A stretch of 64,000 nucleotides of DNA from Nitrospirae bacterium JdFR-85 (GTDB taxonomy: Bacteria > Nitrospirota > Thermodesulfovibrionia > Thermodesulfovibrionales > JdFR-85), in assembly GCA_002011745.1 (NCBI GenBank), contig MTOU01000014.1:13369-77368 (forward strand), in the 5' to 3' direction. Position numbers and translations under genes: made by a program. Under the pieces are notes generated by a model that was not told the DNA's origin, ran no database searches, and saw only the letters and a list, made by a program, of their open reading frames with translations. Position 1 is the stretch's first letter. Each line of letters begins with the position of its first letter. Of the stretch, positions 1 through 9,615 are shown in pieces.

Positions 1-306
1 AGGGTTGCTATTGCAAGGTCTCTTGCCGCCTGTGAGCCAAAGATGATACTCTATGATGAACCCACAACAGGACTGGATCCCCTTACAGCAGATACCATCT
101 GTACATTGATAAATGAGTTGTCTGCTGGAGAACCTCCTCATAGGAGAGGGCTTATTATAGTGACCCATAAGGTTACAGATGCCACAAAGGTGGCGGAGAG
201 GTTTATGTACCTGAAGAATGGTAAAATAGTTTTTGATGGGGATATACAGGCACTGAAGCAGACAGACAATGAAGAACTGAGAAGATTTATAAATGAGATT
301 TTATAA
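1..306 (+). CDS. ABC transporter ATP-binding protein, C-terminal fragment (MlaF-like); 5' end lies outside the window
   Basis: Frame 1 is open from base 1 (RVAIARSLAACEPKMILYDEPTTGLDP = Walker B / D-loop region). Its stop overlaps the ATG of the next gene (TAATG). Confidence 0.8.
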   Translation, partial: RVAIARSLAACEPKMILYDEPTTGLDPLTADTICTLINELSAGEPPHRRGLIIVTHKVTDATKVAERFMYLKNGKIVFDGDIQALKQTDNEELRRFINEIL

Positions 307-1367
307 TGTATGACTCTCGTAAGGATATAAGGTGGATGAATCTGAAGATTGGACTGATCATCACGGCCGCCCTTGGGGTGATGTTTATAACCATCATGTT
401 TGCCGGTAATATAGAGGGACTCTTTATAAAGAAGGCGAAGCTTTATGCAGTTTTTGAAGATGTGAAAGGGTTGAGAGAAGGAGCGCCTGTCTGGTTTGCA
501 GGTATAGAGATAGGCTCCGTAAGGTCTCTCTCTCTGACACCAGACAGAAGGGTGAAGGTAGAGTTGTCTATATCACCTGATGCAATGAGATTGCTGAAGA
601 AAGACTCTGAGGCAACAATACTCACGCTGGGGCTTCTGGGCGATAAATACATAGAGCTCTCTCAGGGTTCTCCAGAAGCTGAGCCCCTTCATGCAGGAGA
701 CACCATAAAGGGCGTGGCACAGATTGAGTTCAAGGACATTGTAGAGACCTCTCAGGCCTCTCTGTCCAAGCTCACAGAGTTTATCCATGGACTTGAAAGA
801 TTTATCAAAGAGATACAGGAAGGTGAGGGTACCCTGACAAAATTACTAAAAGACCCTGAACTCTACAACAACCTCAAGAAGAGCACAGAAAATATCAATG
901 AGATATCAGAGGCACTAAAGGAAGGAAGAGGTTCTCTTGGAAAGCTACTGAGAGATGACAGCCTTTACCAAGAGCTTCTCTCCACCACCAGAAATTTGAA
1001 GGATTTTACAGAGAAACTGAAAATGGCGGAAGGAACCCTGAATAGACTCATCGAAGACCCTGAACTCTACAATAAACTGGCCTCTGCTGCTGGCTCTATA
1101 GCCGAGTTTTCTGATCGTCTGAACAAGGCAGAAGGAAGTCTCAGGCAGATTATTGAAGAGAGAGAGCTCTATGATAGATTGAACAATTCACTTTTGAAAC
1201 TGGAGAGGATCTTAGAGGAGATTCAGTCAGGCAAGGGACTGATGGGTGCTATGATAAGAGATGAAGAGTTGAAGGAAGACCTTAAGAAGACGCTCCAGTC
1301 TCTGGATGCCCTTATAGAGGATATTAAGAATAATCCAGAGAAGTACTTTAAGTTTAGTCTATTTTAG
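306..1367 (+). CDS. MlaD/MCE-domain lipid-transport protein with a repeat-rich C-terminal extension
   Basis: N-terminal TM helix, then an MCE core (VFEDVKGLREGAPVWFAGIEIGSV...GDKYIELS). Coupled to the MlaF-like ATPase. The C-terminal half is five ~34-aa repeats. Confidence 0.8.
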   Translation: MYDSRKDIRWMNLKIGLIITAALGVMFITIMFAGNIEGLFIKKAKLYAVFEDVKGLREGAPVWFAGIEIGSVRSLSLTPDRRVKVELSISPDAMRLLKKDSEATILTLGLLGDKYIELSQGSPEAEPLHAGDTIKGVAQIEFKDIVETSQASLSKLTEFIHGLERFIKEIQEGEGTLTKLLKDPELYNNLKKSTENINEISEALKEGRGSLGKLLRDDSLYQELLSTTRNLKDFTEKLKMAEGTLNRLIEDPELYNKLASAAGSIAEFSDRLNKAEGSLRQIIEERELYDRLNNSLLKLERILEEIQSGKGLMGAMIRDEELKEDLKKTLQSLDALIEDIKNNPEKYFKFSLF

Positions 1368-1375
1368 GAGGTCTT

Positions 1376-2581
1376 ATGGGAGATGTTCTTGCATTTGTAC
1401 TTGCAGGTGGTAAGGGAGAAAGGCTTTTTCCTCTCACAGCCTTCCGCTCAAAGCCTGCCGTGCCCTTTGGAGGTAGATATAGGATTGTGGATTTTGTATT
1501 GAGCAATCTCATCAATTCAGGGATATATTCTATTTATCTCTTAGTACAGTATAAATCCCAGTCCCTGATAGAACATATAAGACAGCACTGGATACTTTCT
1601 CCTATACTGAGAGACCATTTTATTGCAGTGGTACCGCCACAGATGAGGATAGGTCCAGAGTGGTTTCAGGGAACAGCAGATGCAGTATTTCAGAATATAA
1701 ATCTTATTAACCATCACAGACCAAGGCTTGTGGTTGTCTTTGGTGCAGACCATATATACAGGATGGATATCAGGCAGATGATAGATTTTCACCTCGAAAA
1801 AGGGGCTGATGTTACAGTGGCAGCAAGGCCCGTGCCCCTCAAAGAGGCAGGACATTTTGGAGTAATCCAGACTGACAGTGATCAGAGAATAGTGGGGTTT
1901 CAGGAAAAACCAGACAATCCTTCTCCAATGCCCTCTAATCCTGAGATGGCATATGTCTCCATGGGCAACTATATATTTAATGCGGATGTTCTGGTTAAGG
2001 TGCTGTTGGAGGCTCAGGAAAAGAAGCATCACGACTTTGGGGCCCATATACTCCCTTCTCTTGTTGACAGGGCCCGCCTGTATGCATACGACTTTGCTGC
2101 CAATCAGGTGCCTGGCACAAAGGACTACGAGGAGAAAGGATACTGGAGAGATGTAGGAACAATCAAAGCATTCTATGATGCACATATGGATATGCTTGGA
2201 GAAAAACCTGTCTTTGAATTGAGTAATCAGGACTGGCCCATTTATCCCTCCGGGCAGAAGGCACCAGCTTCAAAGTTTATAAATGCGCATATTGAGGATA
2301 GTATTATTGCAGAGGGTGTTCTCATAAAGAATGCCTTGGTGAGACGTTCTGTGATCAGGACGGGAGTGGTTGTGGAGGATGACGTAATAATAGAAGACTC
2401 TATAATTATGGATAATTCAGTACTTAAAAAGGGTTGTCATCTGAAGGGGGTGATAATGGACAAGTGGAATATTGTGAAGGAAGATATGAGAATAGGGTTT
2501 GACCCAGATGAGGAGCGCTTCGGGCTTCATATAGACCCTTCTGGGATCAGAGTTATCCCAAGAAAGGGTTGGAAGGGTTAA
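1376..2581 (+). CDS. glgC: glucose-1-phosphate adenylyltransferase
   Basis: N-terminal LAGGKGERLFPLTAFRSKPAVPFGGRYRIVDFVLSN motif and a C-terminal left-handed beta-helix-like region; length 401 aa. Confidence 0.9.
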   Translation: MGDVLAFVLAGGKGERLFPLTAFRSKPAVPFGGRYRIVDFVLSNLINSGIYSIYLLVQYKSQSLIEHIRQHWILSPILRDHFIAVVPPQMRIGPEWFQGTADAVFQNINLINHHRPRLVVVFGADHIYRMDIRQMIDFHLEKGADVTVAARPVPLKEAGHFGVIQTDSDQRIVGFQEKPDNPSPMPSNPEMAYVSMGNYIFNADVLVKVLLEAQEKKHHDFGAHILPSLVDRARLYAYDFAANQVPGTKDYEEKGYWRDVGTIKAFYDAHMDMLGEKPVFELSNQDWPIYPSGQKAPASKFINAHIEDSIIAEGVLIKNALVRRSVIRTGVVVEDDVIIEDSIIMDNSVLKKGCHLKGVIMDKWNIVKEDMRIGFDPDEERFGLHIDPSGIRVIPRKGWKG

Positions 2582-2607
2582 ATCAATAAAAGAACGAGGA
2601 GGTTGTC

Positions 2608-3414
2608 ATGATTAATGTCACAGTTGCAGGTGCTGCAGGAAGGATGGGCAGGAGAATAACCGCTTTATGTCTGGAGCATGAGGAGATAAATGTTGTTGGA
2701 GCCCTTGAGAGGAAAGGCCATGAGAAGGTGGGAGAGGATATAGGGAATCTTCTCGGGATTTCTCCAACAGGGATAAAACTAACGGATGATATTGGAGAGA
2801 TTATTGAAAGTACCGATGTCCTGATTGATTTTACCTCCCCAGCCTCGACACTTCATAATCTCAGAGCTGCTGCGGACAAAGGTAAGGCTGCTGTGGTTGG
2901 GACAACAGGGTTTTCAAAGGAGGCACTGAGTGATATAAGGGCTATTTCTGAGAAGATTCCCTGTGTGATGGCACCAAATATGTCTGTGGGGGTAAACCTC
3001 CTTTTTAAGGTCTTGAGAGATGTGGCCAGGGTTCTCGGGGATGATTATGATGTGGAGATCATTGAGGCACATCACAGGATGAAGAAGGATGCCCCCAGTG
3101 GTACAGCCCTCAGAATGGCAGAGGTCATAGCAGATGCCCTTGGAAGGGATTTGGAAGAGGTGGCTATCTACTCAAGAAAGGGGCTAATAGGTGAAAGAAG
3201 CAGACAGGAGATAGGCATACAGTGTATAAGGGCGGGTGATATTGTTGGAGAGCATACAGTTATTTTTGGCGGTATAGGTGAGAGGATAGAGATTGTACAT
3301 AAGGCCTCCAGTAGGGATACATTTGCAAAGGGTGCAGTAAGGGCAGCCCTCTGGGTTTATGGTAAGACGCCAGGACTGTATGATATGCTGGATGTGTTGA
3401 ATCTAAAGGATTAA
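2608..3414 (+). CDS. dapB: 4-hydroxy-tetrahydrodipicolinate reductase
   Basis: VAGAAGRMG nucleotide-binding N-terminus and an EAHHRMKKDAPSGTA catalytic motif; SD GAGGAGG upstream. Confidence 0.93.
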   Translation: MINVTVAGAAGRMGRRITALCLEHEEINVVGALERKGHEKVGEDIGNLLGISPTGIKLTDDIGEIIESTDVLIDFTSPASTLHNLRAAADKGKAAVVGTTGFSKEALSDIRAISEKIPCVMAPNMSVGVNLLFKVLRDVARVLGDDYDVEIIEAHHRMKKDAPSGTALRMAEVIADALGRDLEEVAIYSRKGLIGERSRQEIGIQCIRAGDIVGEHTVIFGGIGERIEIVHKASSRDTFAKGAVRAALWVYGKTPGLYDMLDVLNLKD

Positions 3415-3419
3415 CTTAT

Positions 3420-5120
3420 TCAGAGACGGCCTGATCTTATAATTGATATAAGAAGCCAGAATCCGAGAATAAAGGCTACAATAAAGCCTGTAAGCCCAAG
3501 CAGGGGTATATCAAATACCTTTCCTCCAGTGCCTGAGAGGGTGAGGACTGAAGAACTGAGTATTATCGCTGCAACCACTATACTAAATGCAAGACGGTTA
3601 GTAGAACGGTCTATATCCCTTATTAACCTGTCCAGACCGATGGGTGTCATCTTGAGGTGTAGCTCATCCCTGAGGGCCTTCCGCAGGAGGACCCTCAATT
3701 GTCTCGGGGTCTTTGTGGAGAAATCATAGAACTCTCCCACCTGCCTCTGAAAAGACTCATAAAAACGGGAAGGATGATACTTGCTTTTAATGAGTCTTTT
3801 TGCATAGGGTTCTGCCACACTTATGAAGTTGAAATTCGGGTCAAGCTCCCGGCCGATGCTGTCAAGTATAAGCATACATTTGTTCAGTAGAAGCAGATCA
3901 GAGGGTATACGGAGTTTATGCTTGATCGCTATATGCAGCAGTGTGTCCAGATACTGGGCGAGATTTATCTCTGCAAGGGTGACGTCATAAAGTGGTATCA
4001 GAAAATCTATCATGTCTGCCTTGAATTCCCTTTTGAATTCCTCGATATCCACATCTTCTTTCACAAGGCCGAGTCTGATATACTGTTCCACTATCGTGTC
4101 AAAGTCCTTCTTCACCAAGGCAATGAGAGCTGTAGCAATGCTTTCCATAATATCAGGAGTCAGCCATCCAACAATTCCGAAATCCACAAGGCCTATCCTA
4201 CCATCGGGCATCACAAAGATATTGCCTGGATGGGGATCAGCATGAAAGAATCCATCCTCAAGAAACATCTTGAAATAGGCATCCACCCCTTTAAGGGCAA
4301 TCTCTCTCCTGTCAATACCCAGCCTTTTAATCCCTTCAATATCATCTATTCTGACACCGTCAAGTCTCTCCATAACAATCATTCTCTTTGATACAAACTC
4401 GGGGTATAATCTGGGTATATGTATATGGGGATAGTTTGAGAAGTTACGCCTGAACCTACACATATTTTTCGCCTCTTCAGTAAAATCCAGTTCCCTTTTA
4501 ATTGTCCTTGAGAACTCATCAACTATCCCTTTAGGATTGAAGACCTCGGTTTCAGGCAGGTATTTGACCATTAGGGCAGAGATACTCCTTAGGATTGAGA
4601 TATCTGTCTCGATCTGTTCTGCAATCCTTGGCCTCTGGATCTTGATCACAACAGGGGTTCCATCCTTGAGCACTGCATGGTGTACCTGAGCAATAGAGGC
4701 CGCAGCCACAGGAGTCTCATCAATACTATCGAAAATATCAGATACAGAGACCTTCATATCTTCTTCTATAATTCTTATAACATCTGAGAAAGGAAAAGGT
4801 GGCACTTCGTCCTGCAGCTTCTTGAACTCATCAGCAAAAGGTTTTGTTATAAGGTCAGGCCTTGAGGAGAGCAACTGAGCCAGCTTTATAAATGATGGAC
4901 CCAACTCTCCAAAGGCAAGCCTCAGTCTCTCAGGCAATGTATGGGTAATGTCTTCAGGAGTCTTGAGTATCTTGAGACGTTTGGGCAGAGGCAGTACCTT
5001 GTGTAGGTTGAGTTGTTCCACAAATTGTCCAAGCCCATGCTTTACAAAGACATAGACAATCTGTCTTACTCTACTGATATTTTTGTAGGTCCTTTTGAGT
5101 CTCAGCAGTTCAAATAGCAT
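3420..5120 (-). CDS. ubiB: ABC1/UbiB family kinase-like protein
   Basis: ABC1 domain motifs (AAASIAQVH, HADPHPGNIF, DFG) and two C-terminal TM helices; 566 aa. Confidence 0.85.
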   Translation of the reverse strand: MLFELLRLKRTYKNISRVRQIVYVFVKHGLGQFVEQLNLHKVLPLPKRLKILKTPEDITHTLPERLRLAFGELGPSFIKLAQLLSSRPDLITKPFADEFKKLQDEVPPFPFSDVIRIIEEDMKVSVSDIFDSIDETPVAAASIAQVHHAVLKDGTPVVIKIQRPRIAEQIETDISILRSISALMVKYLPETEVFNPKGIVDEFSRTIKRELDFTEEAKNMCRFRRNFSNYPHIHIPRLYPEFVSKRMIVMERLDGVRIDDIEGIKRLGIDRREIALKGVDAYFKMFLEDGFFHADPHPGNIFVMPDGRIGLVDFGIVGWLTPDIMESIATALIALVKKDFDTIVEQYIRLGLVKEDVDIEEFKREFKADMIDFLIPLYDVTLAEINLAQYLDTLLHIAIKHKLRIPSDLLLLNKCMLILDSIGRELDPNFNFISVAEPYAKRLIKSKYHPSRFYESFQRQVGEFYDFSTKTPRQLRVLLRKALRDELHLKMTPIGLDRLIRDIDRSTNRLAFSIVVAAIILSSSVLTLSGTGGKVFDIPLLGLTGFIVAFILGFWLLISIIRSGRL

Positions 5121-5129
5121 ATATGCAGC

Positions 5130-5465
5130 TTATTCTTTTTCTGCCTCGGTTTTCTGAAGAGCCTCTTCAAGCTTTTTAATCCTTGCTGAAAGGGTCTTGA
5201 TCTTTTTATTCAACTCTTCCACATCCTCCCTTGTGGGAAGGTTCATCTTTTCAAGAGTCTTTGTTACAATGTCTGAAATGGTATTTGTTATCTCCTCAGA
5301 TGTCTTCTCAGCCCGTTCAGACCATTCCTTCAAGAGCTTTGCCCCCTGAGATTCACTTAGCTGGCCTTTTTTAACAAGTTCATCCAGAAATTCCTTCACT
5401 CTTTCTTGGACGCCTATTCCAGCAAACAGGGCATTTCTTATCAATTCAAACGGTGTCATACCCAC
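5130..5465 (-). CDS. phasin-like small helical protein
   Basis: 111-aa Lys/Glu-rich helical protein, 9 nt upstream of ubiB on the same strand. It resembles the PHA-granule phasin/regulator family often paired with ubiB. Confidence 0.5.
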   Translation of the reverse strand: MGMTPFELIRNALFAGIGVQERVKEFLDELVKKGQLSESQGAKLLKEWSERAEKTSEEITNTISDIVTKTLEKMNLPTREDVEELNKKIKTLSARIKKLEEALQKTEAEKE

Positions 5466-5614
5466 CTCCTTATATTTAATCTTCTATTCATTATATCACA
5501 ATAGAGCCTTAATAAAGAGATTTTGTCTCCTCAAGATCTGCTTTTAGCCTTAACTCAAATAGTTTTTGAGGGAAAGAGGTGTTTATGGATAGTTGTTTAA
5601 ATTGACTCTTGGGT

Positions 5615-5643
5615 TTATCGGATGCCCTGATTTTGGTTATAAT
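5615..5643 (+). promoter_or_regulatory. putative sigma70-type promoter (weak -35 TTATCG, -10 TATAAT) 10 nt before the ATG at 5654
   Basis: TATAAT at 5638-5643; 17-nt spacer to TTATCG; no SD between the -10 and the ATG. Confidence 0.4.
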
Positions 5644-5653
5644 TGCATATTAG

Positions 5654-6016
5654 ATGTATAGACCTGAGAAGATAAAATGTCTCCTTCACAGAGGATTCAC
5701 CCTTCTTGAAGTCCTGGTTTCAGTGGCGATTGTTGGAGGGGCGATTGTAACATTGATCTATACCCTGAATTATCATCTCGGTCTACTTGAAAGACAGCGT
5801 ACTGTTACCGAAGGTGTACAGATTGCAAAAACTCTGCTGGAGAGTATAGAAGTTGAAACCTTGGAAATACCAAAAAAGATAAAGAAGGGAGAACTTAAAG
5901 GATTTCAGTATATTCTTTCCTTAGAAGAGAGTCCGCTACAGGGGGTATATATCGTCGAGGTTGAGGTGAGGAAGGCTGAAGAGAGGATAGTTATGAAGAG
6001 GCTTTTGAGACGATGA
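5654..6016 (+). CDS. type II secretion / type IV pilus minor pseudopilin (GspI-like)
   Basis: Prepilin-type N-terminus HRG|FTLLEVLVSVAIVG with Glu+5; 120 aa. Confidence 0.6.
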   Translation: MYRPEKIKCLLHRGFTLLEVLVSVAIVGGAIVTLIYTLNYHLGLLERQRTVTEGVQIAKTLLESIEVETLEIPKKIKKGELKGFQYILSLEESPLQGVYIVEVEVRKAEERIVMKRLLRR

Positions 6017-6588
6017 AACAGAAGGGTTTTACCCTGCTGGAGCTTTTGATTGCGATCTCACTGGTTGCTGTTGTCCTTGGAGCCATCTACAGCACCTTTT
6101 TTCTTTCTGAGCGTGCTATCAGTGCTTACAAGGGTTACGCTATAAGGTTATATGAAGCCCGAAGGGTCTTAGACCTTCTATCAAAAGAACTAAAAAGTAC
6201 TATTTATAATATAAAGGATAAAAGGACAGCTTTTGTTGTTAAAGACAGAGACATCTATGGCAGACAGGCTTCTGAGATAGAGTTTATCACAGTGGCAAGT
6301 CCTGAGGGGCCTTATCGGGTCAGCTACTATGTGAAAGAAGACAGAGACTCCAATATGCTTATGAAGAGGTTGATTCACTTGAATGGAAACCAGATGGAAG
6401 TGATAGCTTGTAGAGATATAGAATCCTTCTCTGTGAAGGTATATGATGGGAAGAGATGGTATGCACAATGGAGTCCTGAAAATCGCTCTCTCCCCAAGAA
6501 AATAGAACTGACCTTAGAGATTAAGGTGAAGGACAGAACCGTCTCCCTCAAGGAGATGGTGAGACCAATGATAGAGGTGATGAGATGA
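6013..6588 (+). CDS. minor pseudopilin (GspJ-like)
   Basis: Prepilin-type N-terminus QKG|FTLLELLIAISLV; 191 aa; ATGA overlap with the upstream gene. Confidence 0.6.
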   Translation: MKQKGFTLLELLIAISLVAVVLGAIYSTFFLSERAISAYKGYAIRLYEARRVLDLLSKELKSTIYNIKDKRTAFVVKDRDIYGRQASEIEFITVASPEGPYRVSYYVKEDRDSNMLMKRLIHLNGNQMEVIACRDIESFSVKVYDGKRWYAQWSPENRSLPKKIELTLEIKVKDRTVSLKEMVRPMIEVMR

Positions 6589-8672
6589 AAGAGCGGGTTC
6601 TGGAGCTTCTGAAGAGAGCAAAGCGGCCCCTGGGTTTTGGAGAGATCGTTTCTCAGATGAAGCTCAAAGGCGCTGAGAAGAGGCTCTTGAAGAAGACTCT
6701 GAGGGCCCTTCTTAAGGATGGCAGTGTTGTCAGAACCAGAAAAGGCAGATACGGGATTGTGGAGGAGATGAGACTCTTGAAAGGCTATTTTGAGGCCCAT
6801 GAAGAAGGATATGGGTTTGTGATTCCTGAAACCCTTGGACAGAGGGATATCTTTGTTCCTCCATGGGCAACCCTTGGGGCGATGGATGGAGACAGGGTTA
6901 TTGTGAGGGTGGAAAATGAGAGAAAAAGAGAGGGAAGAATAATAAGAATACTGCAGAGGGCACATAAAAAGGTGGTGGGATGGCTTGAGTCCTCCAAAGG
7001 TCTCTGGTTTGTGAAACCGAAACGAAAGGGTGCAAAATTTACAATATACATACCCCCCAGGGCACGTAAAGGTGCGAAGAAAGGGGATCTTGTTGTTGCA
7101 GAAGTGCTTACCTATCCCAGAGATGGGGGTCCAGCCACAGGCAGAATTTTAAAGAGACTGAAGGAACCAGAAAAGCCGACAGATGATATTGAACTGATAA
7201 TTGATGAATTTGAGCTCTCGAGAAGATTTCCTCTTGGGGTTACAAGAGAGGCCAAAATATTGCCTTCAGCACCAAGGCGGAAGGATTTGAAAGGACGTGT
7301 AGACCTTTCTGGGCTTCCAACAGTCACCATAGATGGAGAACGGGCCAGAGACTTTGATGATGCTGTCTCAATCATAAAAAGAGAGTTTGGCTATACCCTC
7401 TATGTACATATCGCAGATGTGGGATATTATGTTCCATGGGACACAGCAGTTGATATTGAGGCAAGAAGAAGGGGCACAAGTGTATATCTTCCTGACAGGG
7501 TTATACCCATGTTGCCAAAGGCACTCTCAGAGAATCTTTGTAGTCTTAAGCCGAAGGTTCTGAGGCTTTCCTTTACTGTTGAGATGGACTTCTCCAGAGA
7601 AGGTGAGAGAATAGATGTCAGGTTTTATCCGAGTGCGATAAAGAGCAATGAGCGTATGACATATACAGATGTGAAAAAGATCCTCATTGATAATGATCAG
7701 GATCTACGAGCAAAATATGATTATCTACTCGAGAATTTCGAGACAATGGCAGAATTGACAGAGATCTTGAGACATCGAAGACTTGCTCGTGGTAGCCTCG
7801 ACTTTGACCTACCAGAGCCTGAGGTGCTTCTGGATATAATGGGTAATCCTGAAGACATAGTGGTAGCTGAGAGAAATTTTGCACATATGATTATAGAGGA
7901 GTTTATGATTGCTGCTAATGAAGCTGTTGCCGAGTTCCTCTATGAAAAAGGAGTTCCTTCTATCTACAGGGTACATGCAGAACCTGAACCTGACAAACTT
8001 GAGGAGGTAGTAAAGGTGCTCAGAGCTGTAACAGGTAGCAGGTATCGGAAGATGTCACCTTCGGAACTGCCTAAGGTGCTTGTATCAGTTAGAGACACTC
8101 CATTGGAAGACCTGATTAACTATATTGTACTCAGAAGCCTGAAGCAGGCAAGATACTCCACCGAGAATATAGGCCACTTTGGTCTGGCCTCCAAGTGTTA
8201 CACTCATTTCACATCTCCTATAAGGAGATACCCTGACCTGGTGGTGCATCGGGTGTTGAGACAGGTGCTCTCTGGCAAATCCCTTCCCATGAAGGAGTCC
8301 AAATGGGAGGAGCTTCTTCAGGAGATAGCCTTTCATTCAAGCAGGACTGAAAGAGTGGCTGATGATGTGGAAAGGGAGGCTGTCAAGGCCCTGAGGGCAT
8401 GGTTTATGAAGGACAAAGTGGGTGAGGAATTTGATGCAAAGGTAGTCTCAGTTTCTCCATACAGCCTACGCGTGAGACTGAAGGATTATTTTGTGGAGGG
8501 TATAATCCATGTATCATATATGGGTGATGACTATTATATCTTTGATGAGCAGCACTTACAGTTGAAGGGAAAAAGGACAAAGAAACAATACAGACTTGGA
8601 GATGAAATAAAGGTGAAAGTGCTCCGGGTAGACCTTGTTGAAAGGGAAGTTATATTTGGCATCTTGGATTGA
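6585..8672 (+). CDS. rnr: ribonuclease R
   Basis: Winged-helix/cold-shock N-terminus, RNB domain (ARDFDDAVS, HFGL...YTHFTSPIRRYPDLVVHR) and a C-terminal S1 domain. Confidence 0.93.
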   Translation: MKERVLELLKRAKRPLGFGEIVSQMKLKGAEKRLLKKTLRALLKDGSVVRTRKGRYGIVEEMRLLKGYFEAHEEGYGFVIPETLGQRDIFVPPWATLGAMDGDRVIVRVENERKREGRIIRILQRAHKKVVGWLESSKGLWFVKPKRKGAKFTIYIPPRARKGAKKGDLVVAEVLTYPRDGGPATGRILKRLKEPEKPTDDIELIIDEFELSRRFPLGVTREAKILPSAPRRKDLKGRVDLSGLPTVTIDGERARDFDDAVSIIKREFGYTLYVHIADVGYYVPWDTAVDIEARRRGTSVYLPDRVIPMLPKALSENLCSLKPKVLRLSFTVEMDFSREGERIDVRFYPSAIKSNERMTYTDVKKILIDNDQDLRAKYDYLLENFETMAELTEILRHRRLARGSLDFDLPEPEVLLDIMGNPEDIVVAERNFAHMIIEEFMIAANEAVAEFLYEKGVPSIYRVHAEPEPDKLEEVVKVLRAVTGSRYRKMSPSELPKVLVSVRDTPLEDLINYIVLRSLKQARYSTENIGHFGLASKCYTHFTSPIRRYPDLVVHRVLRQVLSGKSLPMKESKWEELLQEIAFHSSRTERVADDVEREAVKALRAWFMKDKVGEEFDAKVVSVSPYSLRVRLKDYFVEGIIHVSYMGDDYYIFDEQHLQLKGKRTKKQYRLGDEIKVKVLRVDLVEREVIFGILD

Positions 8673-8684
8673 AGGAGTTAAGGG

Positions 8685-9536
8685 TTGGATAGAGATAATC
8701 TCCGCTCTGTTCTTGAGCATCTCTATAGAACCTATGACTTTGGCAGTAGAATCAGCAGTGATCCTATAAAATATCCCCGTCGTTACAAGCAGGCGAGAGA
8801 TATAGAGGTCGTGGGCTTTGTCTCTTCCTGTCTCGCCTATGGCCGTGTTAACCAGTTTATGTCTGTTATTGAAGAACTTCTTTCTCTGATGAGAGAAAGC
8901 CCCTATGAGTTTATACTGGACTTTCAGCCTCAGAGGCAGTGGCAGAGGTTTGCCCATATTCAGTACCGATTCCAGACAAATGAAGATATTATGGCTCTTC
9001 TGGCAGTCCTTTCAGAGGTGCTGAAGAGATACCATAGTATAGAGAATGCCTTCAAAGCCTTTTATAAAAAGGATGATATTAAAGGTGCTATAGAAGGTTT
9101 CTTTCAGCATATTATAGCCTTAAATAGTGTATTGGCAGACAGAGGAATCGTTTCCCCTAATAGCAAAGGGTTCCTTCAACTATTTCCCCTTCCTTCAAAA
9201 GGCAGTCCTTGTAAGAGAATGAATCTGTTTTTGAGATGGATGGTGAGAGACAGGGATATAGACTTTGGTATATGGAAGGGTATCTCTAAGAGCAGGCTCA
9301 TCATACCTCTTGATACACATATAGCCAGGATCAGCAGATGTCTTGAACTCACAAAGAGGACAACCCAGGATTGGAAGATGGCAGAAGAGATTACAGACTC
9401 ACTAAGAGAGATAGATCCTGAAGATCCCCTCAAATATGATTTTGCACTCTGTCATCAAGGCATAAAAGGTATCTGTTCTAAAGAATGCTCACCTGAAACT
9501 ACATGTTCTCTGTTTTTTCATATATTGAAGGGGTAG
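8685..9536 (+). CDS. TIGR02757/DUF2400 family protein (HhH-GPD-related fold)
   Basis: Characteristic blocks SCLAYGRV, CKRMNLFLRWMVR, IPLDTHIARI, DPLKYDFALCH. Confidence 0.6.
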   Translation: MDRDNLRSVLEHLYRTYDFGSRISSDPIKYPRRYKQARDIEVVGFVSSCLAYGRVNQFMSVIEELLSLMRESPYEFILDFQPQRQWQRFAHIQYRFQTNEDIMALLAVLSEVLKRYHSIENAFKAFYKKDDIKGAIEGFFQHIIALNSVLADRGIVSPNSKGFLQLFPLPSKGSPCKRMNLFLRWMVRDRDIDFGIWKGISKSRLIIPLDTHIARISRCLELTKRTTQDWKMAEEITDSLREIDPEDPLKYDFALCHQGIKGICSKECSPETTCSLFFHILKG

Positions 9537-9577
9537 CCTTTTCAGAAAAAGCGCAGAATCTGCACTCTGGCATGTCT

Positions 9578-9607
9578 TTGACTTTCTGACTGACCAGTCA
9601 GTATAAT
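9578..9607 (+). promoter_or_regulatory. sigma70-type promoter with an embedded palindromic operator (likely the TetR autoregulatory site)
   Basis: TTGACT (9578-9583), 18-nt spacer, TATAAT (9602-9607). A perfect inverted repeat CTGACTG-AC-CAGTCAG at 9586-9601 fills the spacer. The ATG follows 8 nt after the -10. Confidence 0.6.
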
Positions 9608-9615
9608 ATTTAAAC

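Noticed and set aside
1541-2185. A 214-aa minus-strand ORF antisense to glgC. Similar shadows lie at 3918-4391, 6375-6965, 44460-45035, 46604-47170, 47694-48269 and 25803-26264.
   Set aside because: All are embedded in genes with strong family motifs on the opposite strand. They are Cys/Ser/Leu-rich, have no ribosome-binding sites and carry no recognisable domains.
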